This document shows, piece by piece, positions 19,876 through 31,856 of a stretch of 35,726 nucleotides of DNA (positions are counted from its first letter, which is position 1; each line of letters starts with the position of its first letter). The position numbers and the translations under genes are program-made. The DNA is taken from assembly GCA_039809725.1 (NCBI GenBank), contig JBDHVM010000001.1, forward strand, positions 1 through 35,726, given 5' to 3'. The DNA comes from Peptostreptococcus sp. (GTDB lineage Bacteria > Bacillota > Clostridia > Peptostreptococcales > Peptostreptococcaceae). The notes below the pieces were generated by a model. That model did no database searches, was not told the origin of the DNA, and saw only the letters and a list, made by a program, of their open reading frames with translations.

Positions 19876-19959
19876 GAACAAAACCTCCTAAATATTTTTG
19901 AATTGTCAAAATTTGATGAAAAATGACATCAAATTAATGATAATTCCCCTACAATTAAT

Positions 19960-19988
19960 AGTTTATATTTTAATTAAGAAATAGTCAA
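19960..19988 (-). promoter_or_regulatory. Probable promoter for the peptide transporter
   Basis: TTGACT-17 nt-TAAACT. Confidence 0.55.
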
Positions 19989-20041
19989 GGTTTTTATACC
20001 AAATATACAAATTGTCTGATTTATTAATGATTTATCTGCTA

Positions 20042-20428
20042 TTACCTTCTTTTTGTAGCTTTTTTCTTCTTTTTAGATTTTTTTCTAAACATTACATTTA
20101 AATTATCCGAATTTTGCCACTTTTTGCTTATTTGGGCAGCGTCGCTTTCTTCTGTGCATATATTCTCCTTTTTTCTTTTAACAATTATTACTACAGCTAT
20201 GTAAATAACAGTAAAAACGGCAAAAAGAACTGCTGAAACCTGAAAAGGTTGATTTGTGAAGTTTTTCCCAAAAAAACTATAGGAGTACAAACACGCAATC
20301 AAACAACTTCCCGAAAAAAGAAACATATTTCTTCTAAATTCAATAAGACTTTTTAATGTCTTTTTATCATTTTCAATTTTTTTAGTAATATCTGATACTT
20401 TGTTTATATCGCTATTTTTTTTATTCAT
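20042..20428 (-). CDS. Hypothetical two-TM membrane protein with Lys-rich C-terminus
   Basis: Two hydrophobic segments; GGAGGT before ATG 20428 (20440 also possible). Confidence 0.65.
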   Translation of the reverse strand: MNKKNSDINKVSDITKKIENDKKTLKSLIEFRRNMFLFSGSCLIACLYSYSFFGKNFTNQPFQVSAVLFAVFTVIYIAVVIIVKRKKENICTEESDAAQISKKWQNSDNLNVMFRKKSKKKKKATKRR

Positions 20429-20525
20429 AGATACCTCCATATAGATTGTTATTATATATCTTCTTTAGTTTAACACAATCTATATAAAAAATTGCAAAAT
20501 AAGCAAAATAATCTTAATTAAAAAT

Positions 20526-20564
20526 AAAAAAAGATGTGAGTTTTTTTCCTCATCATCTTTTTTT
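20526..20564 (-). terminator. Terminator after the V-ATPase operon
   Basis: aaaaaaagatg...catcttttttt inverted repeat downstream of subunit D. Confidence 0.6.
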
Positions 20565-20630
20565 ATAACGCATTTTATAAAATCAAATATTGTATCTTCG
20601 TCAATAAGACGCTACGGCGTCACTAAACCC

Positions 20631-21272
20631 TTAATCCTCTTTTTTGATTATATCTTTTACCTTCATCAATCGAGTTATTGAACTTCTGTCATTTTCTTCT
20701 AATTTCATTCTGATATATGTAATAGTCTCTCTAAGTTGAGGTATCGTCATATATTCAAGTGCATTAACTCTTCTTCTGGTACTTTCGATTTCATCAGCCA
20801 TCAACTGGCAAGCTTTTTCTATTTCTGCAAGTTTAAGCAACTCTGGTAGAATATTGTAAAGTTTATTTACGGCAGTATCCAGTTCAGATGATGTTCCACC
20901 AAAACCATATGGATAAATCGCCGATGTGTCCTCTTCATTAATCCTCGTAAAGTTCATCACTGGAACATTTACACTCATCAAATTCTTTGTCTTGATGTCT
21001 AAGTTTATTCTCTCTTTAGAAATAGCTAATGCTTCATCCAACATTTGAGATAAATTCATACTTCTTGCCAAAAGAAAATCCTCAAATGAGTCAGTTATTT
21101 TTCCTTCAACAATTTCTCTAAGCCTTTTATTTTCTTTTATCATGGCTATAAATTGTCTCATCAATTCATCTTGCTTATCCTTCAAAAGTTTGTGTCCTCT
21201 TGTAGAAGTCGCAAGTCTGGCCTTTAATCTAGAAAGTTCCATTCTAGTTGGATTTACATTTAATTTTGCCAT
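20631..21272 (-). CDS. ntpD: V-type ATPase subunit D
   Basis: [25 protein letters not shown]. Confidence 0.95.
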   Translation of the reverse strand: MAKLNVNPTRMELSRLKARLATSTRGHKLLKDKQDELMRQFIAMIKENKRLREIVEGKITDSFEDFLLARSMNLSQMLDEALAISKERINLDIKTKNLMSVNVPVMNFTRINEEDTSAIYPYGFGGTSSELDTAVNKLYNILPELLKLAEIEKACQLMADEIESTRRRVNALEYMTIPQLRETITYIRMKLEENDRSSITRLMKVKDIIKKED

Positions 21273-21273
21273 A

Positions 21274-22659
21274 TTAATCCACCTGGCTTTCCTCAGGTAA
21301 ATATTTCTTTATAAACTTGTCTTTTATTCTCTTAAGCTCTGTTCTAGGAAGTATTTTTAAAAGATCCCAACCCAAAGTCAACGTCTCTTCTATTGTTCTA
21401 TTTGTTGCATAACCTTGAGATACATATCTTTTTTCAAACTCATCAGCAAACTTTGCAAATGCCTTATCCGATTCAGATAGAGCAGATTCACCCAATATTA
21501 TCTGTAGTTCTTTTGCTTCTTTACCTGCTGCATATGCTGCAAAAAGCTGATTCATTGTATCTGCATGATCTTCTCTAGTTTTTCCATCTCCTATACCTTT
21601 GTCTTTCAGTCTAGAAAGTGAAGGAAGTACGTCTATAGGAGGCATCATATTCTTTTTATATAATTCTCTTGATAGTATTATCTGTCCTTCTGTGATATAT
21701 CCTGTAAGGTCAGGTATTGGATGTGTCTTATCATCTTCAGGCATTGTAAGTATCGGAACCTGTGTGATAGATCCTTTTCTTCCCTTTATTCTACCCGCTC
21801 TTTCATATAATGTTGAAAGGTCAGTATATAGATACCCTGGGTATCCTCTTCTTCCTGGTACTTCACGTCTTGCAGCAGATATTTCACGTAGAGCCTCACA
21901 ATAATTTGTAAGGTCAGTTAATATAACTAGTACGTGCATATCTTTTTCAAATGCAAGATATTCAGCACAAGTAAGCGCCATTCTTGGTGTAGATATACGC
22001 TCTATAGCAGGGTCATTTGCAAGATTCATAAATAAAACTGCTCTATCTATTGCCCCCGTCTTTTTAAAGTCATCAATAAAGAACTGTGCTTCTTCAAAAG
22101 TTATCCCTATCGCTGCGAAAACAACCGCAAATTTTTCGTCTGTTCCAAGAACTCTAGCTTGTCTTGCTATCTGAGAAGCAAGATTTGCATGAGGAAGTCC
22201 TGACCCAGAGAATATAGGAAGTTTCTGTCCTCTAACCAATGTATTAAGTCCATCTATTGCAGACACACCTGTCTGTATAAACTCAGACGGATAATCTCTG
22301 GCAACTGGATTTATAGCTATACCGTTTATATCTAGTTTTTCATCTGGTATTAGCTCAGGTCCTCCATCTTTTGGATTTCCCATTCCGTCAAATACTCTAC
22401 CTATCATATCTTCTGATACACCTAGTGTAAGAGGTTTTGCCAAGAATCTCACCTTAGAGTCTCTTAAGTTTATACCCGCTGAACCTTCAAATAACTGAAC
22501 CATGGCTTTATCTCCGTTGATCTCTAGAACTCTACCACGGCGAATATCTCCATTTTGCATTTCAATTTCTACAAGCTCTTCGTACTTGATATTTTCAACA
22601 CCATCAACCATCAACAGTGGACCAACAATTTCTCTTATAGTTTTATACTCTTTAATCAT
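21274..22659 (-). CDS. ntpB: V-type ATPase subunit B
   Basis: [40 protein letters not shown]. Confidence 0.97.
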   Translation of the reverse strand: MIKEYKTIREIVGPLLMVDGVENIKYEELVEIEMQNGDIRRGRVLEINGDKAMVQLFEGSAGINLRDSKVRFLAKPLTLGVSEDMIGRVFDGMGNPKDGGPELIPDEKLDINGIAINPVARDYPSEFIQTGVSAIDGLNTLVRGQKLPIFSGSGLPHANLASQIARQARVLGTDEKFAVVFAAIGITFEEAQFFIDDFKKTGAIDRAVLFMNLANDPAIERISTPRMALTCAEYLAFEKDMHVLVILTDLTNYCEALREISAARREVPGRRGYPGYLYTDLSTLYERAGRIKGRKGSITQVPILTMPEDDKTHPIPDLTGYITEGQIILSRELYKKNMMPPIDVLPSLSRLKDKGIGDGKTREDHADTMNQLFAAYAAGKEAKELQIILGESALSESDKAFAKFADEFEKRYVSQGYATNRTIEETLTLGWDLLKILPRTELKRIKDKFIKKYLPEESQVD

Positions 22660-24427
22660 CTAGTCCACCTCCTCTGTTTATGAGTGCATCAATTTCTACG
22701 GTAATATTTTCAGTAACTTCATCTAATTTAGCAATATCCGCTTCTTCAGTATACTTTGCTCTTGCTATAGATTCTCTTATTGGAAGATTTACAAGTTCAC
22801 TCAGATATACATTGTTTTCAAGTGCTCTTAAAGATTCTCTATAATACTTTAAAACCATCTCAAGCATTTTATCTTGCTTTTCCAAAGATGTAAATGTATC
22901 CACATCCTGGAATGCATTTTGCTGAAGATAATCCTCTCTAATTGACTTCGCAACCTCTAGCTTTAGCTGATCCTTTTCTGAAAGAGTATCCTTACCTACA
23001 AGTCTTACAATTTCTTGTAGCCCTGATTCCTCTTGAAGAAGAGTCATAGCCTCTGCTCTATTTAATGGGAATCTTTCTGATACATTGTCCCCCATCCATT
23101 CATCTACATCTGATTGATATAGTGAGTATGAATCAAGCCATGAAATAGCTGGGAAATGCCTTCTATACGCAAGATTTGCATTTAGCCCCCAGAACACTTT
23201 TACTATTCTTAGAGTAGCCTGTGAAACGGGCTCTGATATATCTCCACCTGGAGGTGAAACTGCACCTATTATTGTAAGTGCGCCTTCTCTATCATCACTA
23301 CCTTTACAGATTACTTTACCAGCTCTTTCATAAAATTCTGCTGCTCTAGAAGATAAGTACGCAGGATAACCTTCGTCACCAGGCATCTCTTCAAGTCTTC
23401 CTGACATTTCTCTTAGTGCTTCTGCCCATCTAGATGTAGAGTCTGCCATTACTGCAACAGAATATCCCATATCTCTAAAGTACTCCGCAATTGTAATACC
23501 TGTATATATGCTGGCCTCACGTGCTGCAACTGGCATATTTGATGTATTTGCTATAAGTACAGTTCTCTTCATAAGTGTTTCGCCTGTATGTGGATCTATA
23601 AGCTCTGGGAATTCATTTAAAACGTCTGTCATCTCATTTCCACGTTCTCCACAACCAACGTAAACAACAATCTGAGCATCCGCCCATTTAGCAAGCTGAT
23701 GCTGTACTACTGTTTTTCCCGATCCAAAAGGACCTGGAACACAGGCTGTTCCACCCTTAGTTACTGGGAAAAATGTGTCTACTACTCTTTGTCCTGTGAT
23801 TAGAGGAACTCTAGGAGCTATTTTTTCCTTTATTCTTCTACTTCTTCTAACAGGCCATTTCTGTAGCATATGTACTGAGTTTGATTTACCTTTTTCGTCT
23901 TTAATCACTGCTATTTCATCAACTATTGTAAATTCACCTTCTTGAATTGACTCCAAAACACCTTCAACTCTATAAGGTACCATAATCAAGTGCTTAACTA
24001 CCTCTGTTTCTTGCACATATCCTAGAATATCGCCCTCAACAAGCCTGTCACCAACTTTTGCCTGTGGATGAAAATACCATTTTTTATCTCTATCTAATGA
24101 ATGGACCTCTATACCTTTTGTAAGGAAATCTCCTGCTATTGATCTAAATTTTTCCAACGGTCTTTGTATACCGTCAAACATATTTTCTATAAGACCTGGT
24201 CCAAGCTCAACGCTCAGAGGTTCTCCTGTTGTTTCAACAGGTTCACCAGGACCTATCCCCGCTGTTTCTTCATAAACCTGTATTGAAGCTTTGTCGTCAC
24301 GCATCTCTATGATCTCGCCTATTAGCTTTGATTCAGAAACTTTTACGACGTCGTATATGTTGGCATCTTCCATTCCTTCAGCTACAACAAGCGGACCGGA
24401 TACTTTAACAATTTTACCTGCTTTCAC
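22652..24427 (-). CDS. ntpA: V-type ATPase catalytic subunit A
   Basis: P-loop [39 protein letters not shown]; GTG start. Confidence 0.98.
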   Translation of the reverse strand: MKAGKIVKVSGPLVVAEGMEDANIYDVVKVSESKLIGEIIEMRDDKASIQVYEETAGIGPGEPVETTGEPLSVELGPGLIENMFDGIQRPLEKFRSIAGDFLTKGIEVHSLDRDKKWYFHPQAKVGDRLVEGDILGYVQETEVVKHLIMVPYRVEGVLESIQEGEFTIVDEIAVIKDEKGKSNSVHMLQKWPVRRSRRIKEKIAPRVPLITGQRVVDTFFPVTKGGTACVPGPFGSGKTVVQHQLAKWADAQIVVYVGCGERGNEMTDVLNEFPELIDPHTGETLMKRTVLIANTSNMPVAAREASIYTGITIAEYFRDMGYSVAVMADSTSRWAEALREMSGRLEEMPGDEGYPAYLSSRAAEFYERAGKVICKGSDDREGALTIIGAVSPPGGDISEPVSQATLRIVKVFWGLNANLAYRRHFPAISWLDSYSLYQSDVDEWMGDNVSERFPLNRAEAMTLLQEESGLQEIVRLVGKDTLSEKDQLKLEVAKSIREDYLQQNAFQDVDTFTSLEKQDKMLEMVLKYYRESLRALENNVYLSELVNLPIRESIARAKYTEEADIAKLDEVTENITVEIDALINRGGGLDD

Positions 24428-24441
24428 TAAGCCTCTCCTCC

Positions 24442-24765
24442 TTATTTATCAGAATTGGCAAATATATTACTTCCTACTGCCTTTTCAACATTTTTGTTTA
24501 TTTCTTTCATTCCAATTCCAAGCGTCCCTTGATTTGAAGGAATTAATATTATCGCTGGAACTAGCTTTTTCTTATATCTCTGTATTGTTTCTTCAATATT
24601 TTGCGCTATTTGTTCAGTCACAAATATTAAACCATAGTCCTTTTGAGCCAAATCGTCTATTACTGCTCTTGCCTCAGTTCCCTCTACCACAGGAAAAACA
24701 TCTATGCCTATTGATTTAAACGCCAATACTGAATCTTTATCTCCTACCGCTCCAATCTTATACAT
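24442..24765 (-). CDS. V-type ATPase subunit F (NtpG in Enterococcus hirae nomenclature)
   Basis: [28 protein letters not shown]. Confidence 0.92.
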   Translation of the reverse strand: MYKIGAVGDKDSVLAFKSIGIDVFPVVEGTEARAVIDDLAQKDYGLIFVTEQIAQNIEETIQRYKKKLVPAIILIPSNQGTLGIGMKEINKNVEKAVGSNIFANSDK

Positions 24766-25760
24766 TAAATATCACCCAACCTCTCTCTAATCTTAGTGGA
24801 TGGTATATTATTTAACTTTCCGACTAGTATCAATCTAACAATTGAAATCTCTTTTTCCTTTGCCACAAGATAAGCAAATATAGGTTCTGGACCAAAGGAA
24901 ATAAACCTAGAATCCGAATTTAACCTGCTAAGGTACACATCTTTCATACTGTCTAAGATCGCTGGGTTTTGATGCACTTTATAATCTTCAACGCAGTCAT
25001 TAAGGGCTCTCCCTATTTTTTCTGACTTCAAGGCAAATGCCATTCTGTCAAAATCCTCTCTCGAAAGAAGAATAAGCCTACTTACGGAAATTGCTCCTCC
25101 CTCAATTAGTATCTGATTTAAGAAATTTGTACTCTTACCCATCTTTATTGCCCTTAGCATGGATACAATATTATAAAAATCTATACTTGCACTCACATAA
25201 TCACTAAAAAGCTCAATTTTAAGTGAATCAGCAATTGCTTTAAGATGTTCATAATACGCTCTATCAACAACAATGTCGACAAGTTGTGGATCTGAGGTCT
25301 CATTATACTTTTCCTCTGCATCCTTTAAAGCTTTAATAAACTCGCTTTTTGTATCTGTAAAATGTCCGCTTTCAAATTGCAGTCTTATCTTTTCAGGATT
25401 GTTTTCACTTGAGTAGATAAACAGTTCATCAAGATCTTTTCCAGACACCTTTGCCTTTACCATCGTTTTTAGATTGTGATAATCGTATTTTAATGATAGA
25501 ATTTCCAAAATTCTTTTATCTTCAAGCATTTCTGTTCCTAGTTTAAATACCCTTGAAGTCTCGTTTTTCAGAAGATTTTCATAATCTTTTACGCCTTCAA
25601 CTGAATCCATACTTTTAGAATACTCAGAATCAAGAAGTATTTTAAATGCCTCATCAGCATCCTTAGCATCTATCATTTTATCTAATTTTCCTTTGTCGAG
25701 AAGTCTCTTCTCATAAACCCTCGCCATTACTACACCTCGGGCGTAATCTAGTCTTTCCAT
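24765..25760 (-). CDS. ntpC: V-type ATPase subunit C/d
   Basis: [27 protein letters not shown]. Confidence 0.92.
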   Translation of the reverse strand: MERLDYARGVVMARVYEKRLLDKGKLDKMIDAKDADEAFKILLDSEYSKSMDSVEGVKDYENLLKNETSRVFKLGTEMLEDKRILEILSLKYDYHNLKTMVKAKVSGKDLDELFIYSSENNPEKIRLQFESGHFTDTKSEFIKALKDAEEKYNETSDPQLVDIVVDRAYYEHLKAIADSLKIELFSDYVSASIDFYNIVSMLRAIKMGKSTNFLNQILIEGGAISVSRLILLSREDFDRMAFALKSEKIGRALNDCVEDYKVHQNPAILDSMKDVYLSRLNSDSRFISFGPEPIFAYLVAKEKEISIVRLILVGKLNNIPSTKIRERLGDI

Positions 25761-25775
25761 AAACTACCCCCCCAT

Positions 25776-26321
25776 CTACTTAAAAAGTATCTTTGCTATC
25801 TCACCTTGCAAATCGTCTTTGATATAATCAAGTTGTGAACTGAAAGTAAAGTTCTTCTCTATTCCACCAATAATTTCTATAAAACCCGCTTCAACAAATC
25901 TATCTTCAGCTAGCTTTTGTTCTGGAAAATTGGATTTAATAAGCTGAAGTCTTTCTTTTTGAACCACTAAAACTGATTCACTTGAAAAACTGGCATTCAT
26001 CTTCACATACTCTACATACTTTACATCATCGATATTTTTCATATCTTCTAAAGCAGATTCGTATACCTTAAGTATTACCTCTTGTTTAGCCTTTAGCTCG
26101 TTATCCCTTGCTTTAAGGTTAGCATTTGATCTTAATCTTTCTTTTAGACTCTCTGCTTCTAGCTCTCCCTTTTCAACGATTGATTTGTATTTATTATCAG
26201 ACTGCAACTTTGCATTTCCTATTATCTTATCAGCCTTTTGCTTTGCCGATGATAATATTTCATTCGCCGATTGCTTCGCCTCATCTAATATTCTATCTGT
26301 AAGCTTATTAAGCTCTGCCAT
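25776..26321 (-). CDS. ntpE: V-type ATPase subunit E
   Basis: N-terminal coiled coil, GFI...GIEKNFTF; operon position. Confidence 0.88.
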   Translation of the reverse strand: MAELNKLTDRILDEAKQSANEILSSAKQKADKIIGNAKLQSDNKYKSIVEKGELEAESLKERLRSNANLKARDNELKAKQEVILKVYESALEDMKNIDDVKYVEYVKMNASFSSESVLVVQKERLQLIKSNFPEQKLAEDRFVEAGFIEIIGGIEKNFTFSSQLDYIKDDLQGEIAKILFK

Positions 26322-26356
26322 ATTATCACTTCCTTTTCTCTAATAATTTTGTATTC

Positions 26357-26854
<498 letters not shown>

Positions 26855-26996
26855 TTATTTAACGCACATTTTTGTTACGCTTTTTTTATTTTTTTTCACT
26901 GTTTATTACTTAGTGATTTTAAATTTACAACGATTTATCGCTAATATTTTGCGTGAACATTCTCATGTCACACTGTATAAAAATCAAATTTTTTAA

Positions 26997-28973
26997 TTAA
27001 TCTTCATAATGTCTATCAAGATTAATATATTTTGTCTTATTTCTAAAGAATCTAAATGCCTTTCCTCCACCTTCGTAAAACTTACCAAAGAACTCAACAT
27101 ATACAAGTCTTAATGAGTGAACATATGCACCCAAGCAAGATAAGAATAAGTTAAACGCATGGAAGAATATCAATATAAATATTGCTGCTACATATCCTAC
27201 TATAGTCTTTCCCCAGACCATACCAGCTATCATATTTACAGAAAATGCTATATATCCTCCAGCCATACCAAGAGCCATTAGACGAGAATATGAAACGAAA
27301 TCACCAATATAACTTGAAATTCCATATACATTGTATATACCTGCGACTAATCTCTTAAGTATATTTCCTTGAGATCCCATTGCTCCACCAACTATCAACA
27401 TCACAATACCTAATATCATAACAAACATTGAAGGTGTTTTTAGTGCTGGTTGAATGATTCCTGCCATAGACAATAATAATACTATTATTCCTGACAAAGT
27501 TACGTACCAAGAAACTACCTGAAAAATCATATCTATATACTGCTTATCCCTAATCAGCATATATGCCTTTACTGCCAAACCAAAGTACAAATGTATTCCT
27601 CCCATGATTATAGAAAGAATAAGTATGTTCATAAATTGAGTACTTAAATCAAATAATCTCCACATTCCTGGAATTGATGCTCCAAAGTATGATCCGTACA
27701 AGAATCCCCAAACAGCTGTGCTTATAGATATCAACTGGAAGAACTTTACATTTTTCTTCATATCAGGGCTTAGATTGCACTTTTTCAGTGCTAAAGTAGT
27801 CAGTATCAATATCACTAAACCATACCCAAAGTCAGCTGACATCATTCCGAAGAATAAAGCATATACAGGCGCATAAAGAGGTGTTGGATCTACTTCATTA
27901 TACCTAGGTAGTGCATAAGTAGATGTCACACTTTCAAATACCTTTACAAACTTGTTGTTTTTTAGTAATATTGGAGTCTGAGAGCAATCTTTATCCACAT
28001 TTTCAAACTTCACAATATAATCCTCTTTGCAAACTTTGGAGACAGTCTTTTCAAGTCTATCTACATCAAACTCAGGACAGTACCCCGTCAGAACACAAAC
28101 ACTAGAAGTCTTCATAAAGTCTTTTTCTGCTAGTGCTCTAATCTTTAAGTTTCCATAGTATTCGTAAGTCAACTTAAAATCCTCAAGCTCATCTTGCTTA
28201 CCTGCGATTTCAGAGATTATTTCTTCCTTCCTCTTTTCCAATTTGCTAATTTCACCCTGAAGTTCATCTATTTTGTCTCCTGGCAACAAATCGGTATCAA
28301 TTTTAATTTTGTTTAAATTTCCAATCCTAAGTGCTTCATTTAGGTCGTCTTCTTCTCTCACATCTGTGATGATAAAAAAGAAATGCTCATCTTTGTAGAC
28401 TCCTATTTCCTTCCAATGAGTATATTCTAAGTTCTCCATGGACTGAATGAATAGATCTACTATTTTACCAGAAACGCCACCTACAAAAGAATTAAAATGT
28501 TCCAACTTAGACATTTCTGTAAAACTTACATCCAAATTGGCAACAGGCTCTAACTCTTTGATTAAATCCCTGTTTTTTGAAACGTTTGACTCAACTTTTG
28601 ATAGTTCATCACCTAGCCCTTTTACCTCAGTATACTTTTGATTAAAATTAACTTCTAAGGCTTTCTTTTCCATTTCTTCAAAAGTATAGTTTGGCAATCC
28701 ATTAATCAAACCTTTAATACCTGAAATTTGCGGGCTGTACTTATTGATCAAATCAATCGCATAAGAACACTGGTTTATTGTATCATCATACTTTGAAACA
28801 CTTTCATCAACAGCTGGCCTTTTAAAGGCTGACAATGTCTCGTCTCCAAAATCTTCAATACCACAAACATCCTCAAACTGAATATTCCTAAAAAGTTGCA
28901 GTTCTTTTAATAGCTTTTCACGATGAGAGTCTAACACTAAAAGGTGAAATTTCTTCATTTTAACTATCGCCAT
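26997..28973 (-). CDS. ntpI: V-type ATPase subunit I (a)
   Basis: MAIVKMKK, DPTP...FFGMM.ADFGYG, SYSRLMALG, VHSLRLVYVEFFGKFYEGGG. Confidence 0.96.
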   Translation of the reverse strand: MAIVKMKKFHLLVLDSHREKLLKELQLFRNIQFEDVCGIEDFGDETLSAFKRPAVDESVSKYDDTINQCSYAIDLINKYSPQISGIKGLINGLPNYTFEEMEKKALEVNFNQKYTEVKGLGDELSKVESNVSKNRDLIKELEPVANLDVSFTEMSKLEHFNSFVGGVSGKIVDLFIQSMENLEYTHWKEIGVYKDEHFFFIITDVREEDDLNEALRIGNLNKIKIDTDLLPGDKIDELQGEISKLEKRKEEIISEIAGKQDELEDFKLTYEYYGNLKIRALAEKDFMKTSSVCVLTGYCPEFDVDRLEKTVSKVCKEDYIVKFENVDKDCSQTPILLKNNKFVKVFESVTSTYALPRYNEVDPTPLYAPVYALFFGMMSADFGYGLVILILTTLALKKCNLSPDMKKNVKFFQLISISTAVWGFLYGSYFGASIPGMWRLFDLSTQFMNILILSIIMGGIHLYFGLAVKAYMLIRDKQYIDMIFQVVSWYVTLSGIIVLLLSMAGIIQPALKTPSMFVMILGIVMLIVGGAMGSQGNILKRLVAGIYNVYGISSYIGDFVSYSRLMALGMAGGYIAFSVNMIAGMVWGKTIVGYVAAIFILIFFHAFNLFLSCLGAYVHSLRLVYVEFFGKFYEGGGKAFRFFRNKTKYINLDRHYED

Positions 28974-29286
28974 GCTGTCTCACAATCCTCTCTATCAGTA
29001 AATTCTTTGCTTCGTCAAATCTATCTTGAGGAATCTTTGCAATATCTTTACATCTTTCTTCACTCTTTTGAGTTATTAAGTGTAATTCGTCTTTCATATC
29101 ATCTTCTGCTTGCTTTTTAAGTCTATCGCTTTCTGCCTTTGCGCTCGCTATCATCTCATCAAGATCCTTTTTAACTTTGATTTCTGACTGTGATACCAAG
29201 CTTTTTGCATCTTCCTTAGCCTTTTTTACAAGTGATTCTGCTTCTTCCTCAACTTCAACTACTTTCAGTAAAATTTCTTTTACCAT
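28960..29286 (-). CDS. V-type ATPase peripheral stalk subunit G/H
   Basis: 108-aa charged coiled coil, first gene of the operon, overlapping subunit I. Confidence 0.8.
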   Translation of the reverse strand: MVKEILLKVVEVEEEAESLVKKAKEDAKSLVSQSEIKVKKDLDEMIASAKAESDRLKKQAEDDMKDELHLITQKSEERCKDIAKIPQDRFDEAKNLLIERIVRQHGDS

Positions 29287-29339
29287 CTAATCTCCTCCTT
29301 CCCATAAAAGTCATAATTTTCAGATATTAGTTGTTAATT

Positions 29340-29368
29340 ATTTTACACCATTTTTTAAATTTGTTCAA
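29340..29368 (-). promoter_or_regulatory. Probable SigA promoter of the V-ATPase operon
   Basis: TTGAAC-17 nt-TAAAAT. Confidence 0.6.
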
Positions 29369-29519
29369 GTATAATATAAAAGTAACGTTTAAAAATTTAT
29401 TAAGAATATTGTTGTAAATACAACAAAAATAAATAAATATCATTGAATTGACAGTTTTTACCTACGAATTTTTAAGTAAATATAAATTCGGAATTTTTCC
29501 AACTGTGTAATAAATACCC

Positions 29520-29559
29520 AAAAAAGAGGGCTATTAATTATAATAAACTCCCTCTTTTT
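29520..29559 (-). terminator. Terminator after the APC permease
   Basis: aaaaagaggg / ccctcttttt inverted repeat. Confidence 0.65.
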
Positions 29560-29668
29560 ATATTTTTTATTCTTTTTCTATATTTCTTAATCCAATTAGC
29601 ATTTCTATTTATTGATTTTTTCTATACTATGTATAGTTTTTTCATTTTCTCTTCTTTAGTATTTATAA

Positions 29669-31129
29669 TCAATCTTTTATATTTCTATATATTTCTTTTT
29701 TTCTATCCCACTCTGAGATACTCATCCTATAATTTGAAAACACAGTGTAGAAAACAAATCCTAGAGCAGACCAACCTGCCAAAATCAATATACTTTGCTC
29801 ACCAATAAACGATGGTAGGGTAGGAACTAGGGAAATCAGCGTCAATACAACCGATACAATTATTGCTACCCAGATAAAATGAGTTCCTTTTGAAGCAATA
29901 AACGGTCTATACATCTCTGGCTTTGTCTTTCTTAATACAAGTGTACTTATACTTGTTACCATCCATCCAATAATAAAACCTAAAGATCCCACGTTTGTAA
30001 GTGGACGTATTATTCCTATACCTAAAAGAGGACCAATGATAGTTGCAATACCACAGAAAATCACGCCACCTATAGGCGTTTGATATTTTTTATGTTCTAT
30101 ATTGAAAAATCCTGGCAAAAGCCTTGCTCTCCCCATTCCAAGTAAAAGGTGAGTAGAAGCCATAAACATACCATTCCAAGTAGATAAAAGGCCAGCCAAC
30201 GCTCCAATTATAGTCGTATAATAAAGAGCCTTGCCTATGGTTCCTCCATAAAGATGGTTGATTAATTCAGCAACAGCAGGAGATTCTAAGTGGATAAAAT
30301 CGGTCCATTTCATAGCTAGTCCACAGGCAACTATTATTACTGAATAGAAAAGACCTGAAGAAATGATTGTTGCAGTGACAATTTTTGGTATCTTTTTCTT
30401 CACTTCCTTATCTTTTGCTTCTTCCATAGATTGTGGTATAGTATCAAAACCAGCAAGAAAAAATGGTACTACTACGAGGGTGGAAATTATCCCTGAAAAG
30501 ATATTTTTATGACTATAACCTCTAACAGATTCGTATATAGGCAATAAATTTGATATGTTAACTTTAAATAAACTAAATATTATTATCAAGCCTGCACAAA
30601 TAAAAATTATCGTAGTGAGAATTGTCTGTACAGTACCTGAAATTTCTGCTCCTCTGTAATTCATGTAAATTAATACAAATGACAATAACAGATTCACCAA
30701 AAGTTGTAATGGATATACATTATATCCCAAAATCGTGTACAAAGGTGTACCCATTTTTAAAATAGGTATCATATAAGATAAAATATGACCGAGATAAATC
30801 GCCTCCCAAGGTAGTAAGGTCATATATGCTAAAACAACAAACCATCCTCCTATAAAGGATAGTTTCAACCCCTTAGCCTCATATGCATATGCAATCACGC
30901 CTCCTGCTACTGGTATAGCACCTGACATCTCTGCATAACATAAGCCAATTGGAATTATAAATACTGTTCCTATGATAAAAGCCGATAGTACAGCTATCGG
31001 GCCACCTCCCATAAGATACCAGTCATTTATTAATGTCCATCCTATTCCAACTATCGAGCCAAAGCCCAACATGAAATAATCTACTGCTCCCAAACCTCTG
31101 TGACTTTTAAGCGTGTCTATAACAATCAA
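29669..31129 (-). CDS. APC-family amino acid permease (start uncertain)
   Basis: TM1 GFGSIVGIGW, YAEMSGAIPVAGG, FLAGFDTIPQSMEE, RARLLP, LRKTKPEMYRPF; about 12 TMs. Confidence 0.9.
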   Translation of the reverse strand: MIVIDTLKSHRGLGAVDYFMLGFGSIVGIGWTLINDWYLMGGGPIAVLSAFIIGTVFIIPIGLCYAEMSGAIPVAGGVIAYAYEAKGLKLSFIGGWFVVLAYMTLLPWEAIYLGHILSYMIPILKMGTPLYTILGYNVYPLQLLVNLLLSFVLIYMNYRGAEISGTVQTILTTIIFICAGLIIIFSLFKVNISNLLPIYESVRGYSHKNIFSGIISTLVVVPFFLAGFDTIPQSMEEAKDKEVKKKIPKIVTATIISSGLFYSVIIVACGLAMKWTDFIHLESPAVAELINHLYGGTIGKALYYTTIIGALAGLLSTWNGMFMASTHLLLGMGRARLLPGFFNIEHKKYQTPIGGVIFCGIATIIGPLLGIGIIRPLTNVGSLGFIIGWMVTSISTLVLRKTKPEMYRPFIASKGTHFIWVAIIVSVVLTLISLVPTLPSFIGEQSILILAGWSALGFVFYTVFSNYRMSISEWDRKKEIYRNIKD

Positions 31130-31632
31130 CTCCTTCCAAGTTTATACATCCACGATTTACTATTCAGTTTCTTTAAAATCAATATATTACCACTCTCTAC
31201 AATTTTCACCTCCCTAGATCTTTTTTTATACTGCTATTTACTATTGTTTATGTATCTTTTTGTTATTACTTATGTTGCTTTTTACTATGACTACTTTAAA
31301 GCAGCCGTAAAACATTTTTTAATAATATATATAGTTTTTTTCTCCCTTTTATTATATTTCTTTTATTAGAATTTTCTATGTTGAAAAATGCTTAAAAAAC
31401 GATTTTTGTGTGAATATTAACATTATTGGTAATTGTCGTACATTTTTTATTTTTAATTACTTTTACTGATATATATAAAAAAACTTATCTACATCTATAA
31501 ATATATATACAATCTTAATAAAAACATAAAAATGATAAAATTATATTTATATAATCTTTTTTATGCTCTGGAAATTGAATGCCGTCAATAAAACTTTCTT
31601 ACACTTATTTATGAAAGCCTTTTCATACATTC

Positions 31633-31660
31633 TTGTAATCCTTTTACTTTGTGGTATAAT
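31633..31660 (+). promoter_or_regulatory. Probable promoter for the ABC exporter operon
   Basis: TTGTAA-16 nt-(TG-g)TATAAT; predicted transcription start near 31667. Confidence 0.6.
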
Positions 31661-31665
31661 TGTAA

Positions 31666-31826
31666 TAACGAGGTAAGAGTAGGTATTTTGGTATTTACTA
31701 AATATCCACTAAAGCGTTTCAATGAGGCGGATACTTTCGCCGAGTTTTAACGAGGTAAGAGTAGGTATTTTGGTATTTACTAAATATCCACTAAAGCGTT
31801 TCAACGAGGCGGATACTTTCGCCGAG
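31666..31826 (+). repeat. Tandem duplication of a 79-nt structured element (period 82 nt)
   Basis: 31666-31744 and 31748-31826 are identical except aatgagg versus aacgagg; each unit has two hairpins. Confidence 0.95.
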
Positions 31827-31856
31827 CTCAAAAATAAAGTCTGTGAGGTAAATAAG

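Noticed and set aside
20608-20621. GC-rich mini-palindrome gacgc-tacg-gcgtc after ntpD
   Set aside because: Only a 5-bp stem and a single copy; at most a 3' stabilising hairpin.
29287-29340. Na+ or other riboswitch upstream of the V-ATPase
   Set aside because: The predicted leader is under 50 nt, AT-rich and lacks a stem or terminator.
31100-31369. 89-aa hydrophobic ORF
   Set aside because: Low-complexity T-rich upstream DNA of the APC permease, with no RBS.
31666-31826. CRISPR array
   Set aside because: Units are about 80 nt, directly adjacent with no unique spacers, and there are no cas genes.
31722-31856. N-terminal extension of the ABC ATPase or a leader peptide encoded by the repeat
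   Set aside because: No RBS at 31722, a good RBS at 31857, the 82-nt period is not a multiple of 3, and the related copies contain stops in the frames I checked.
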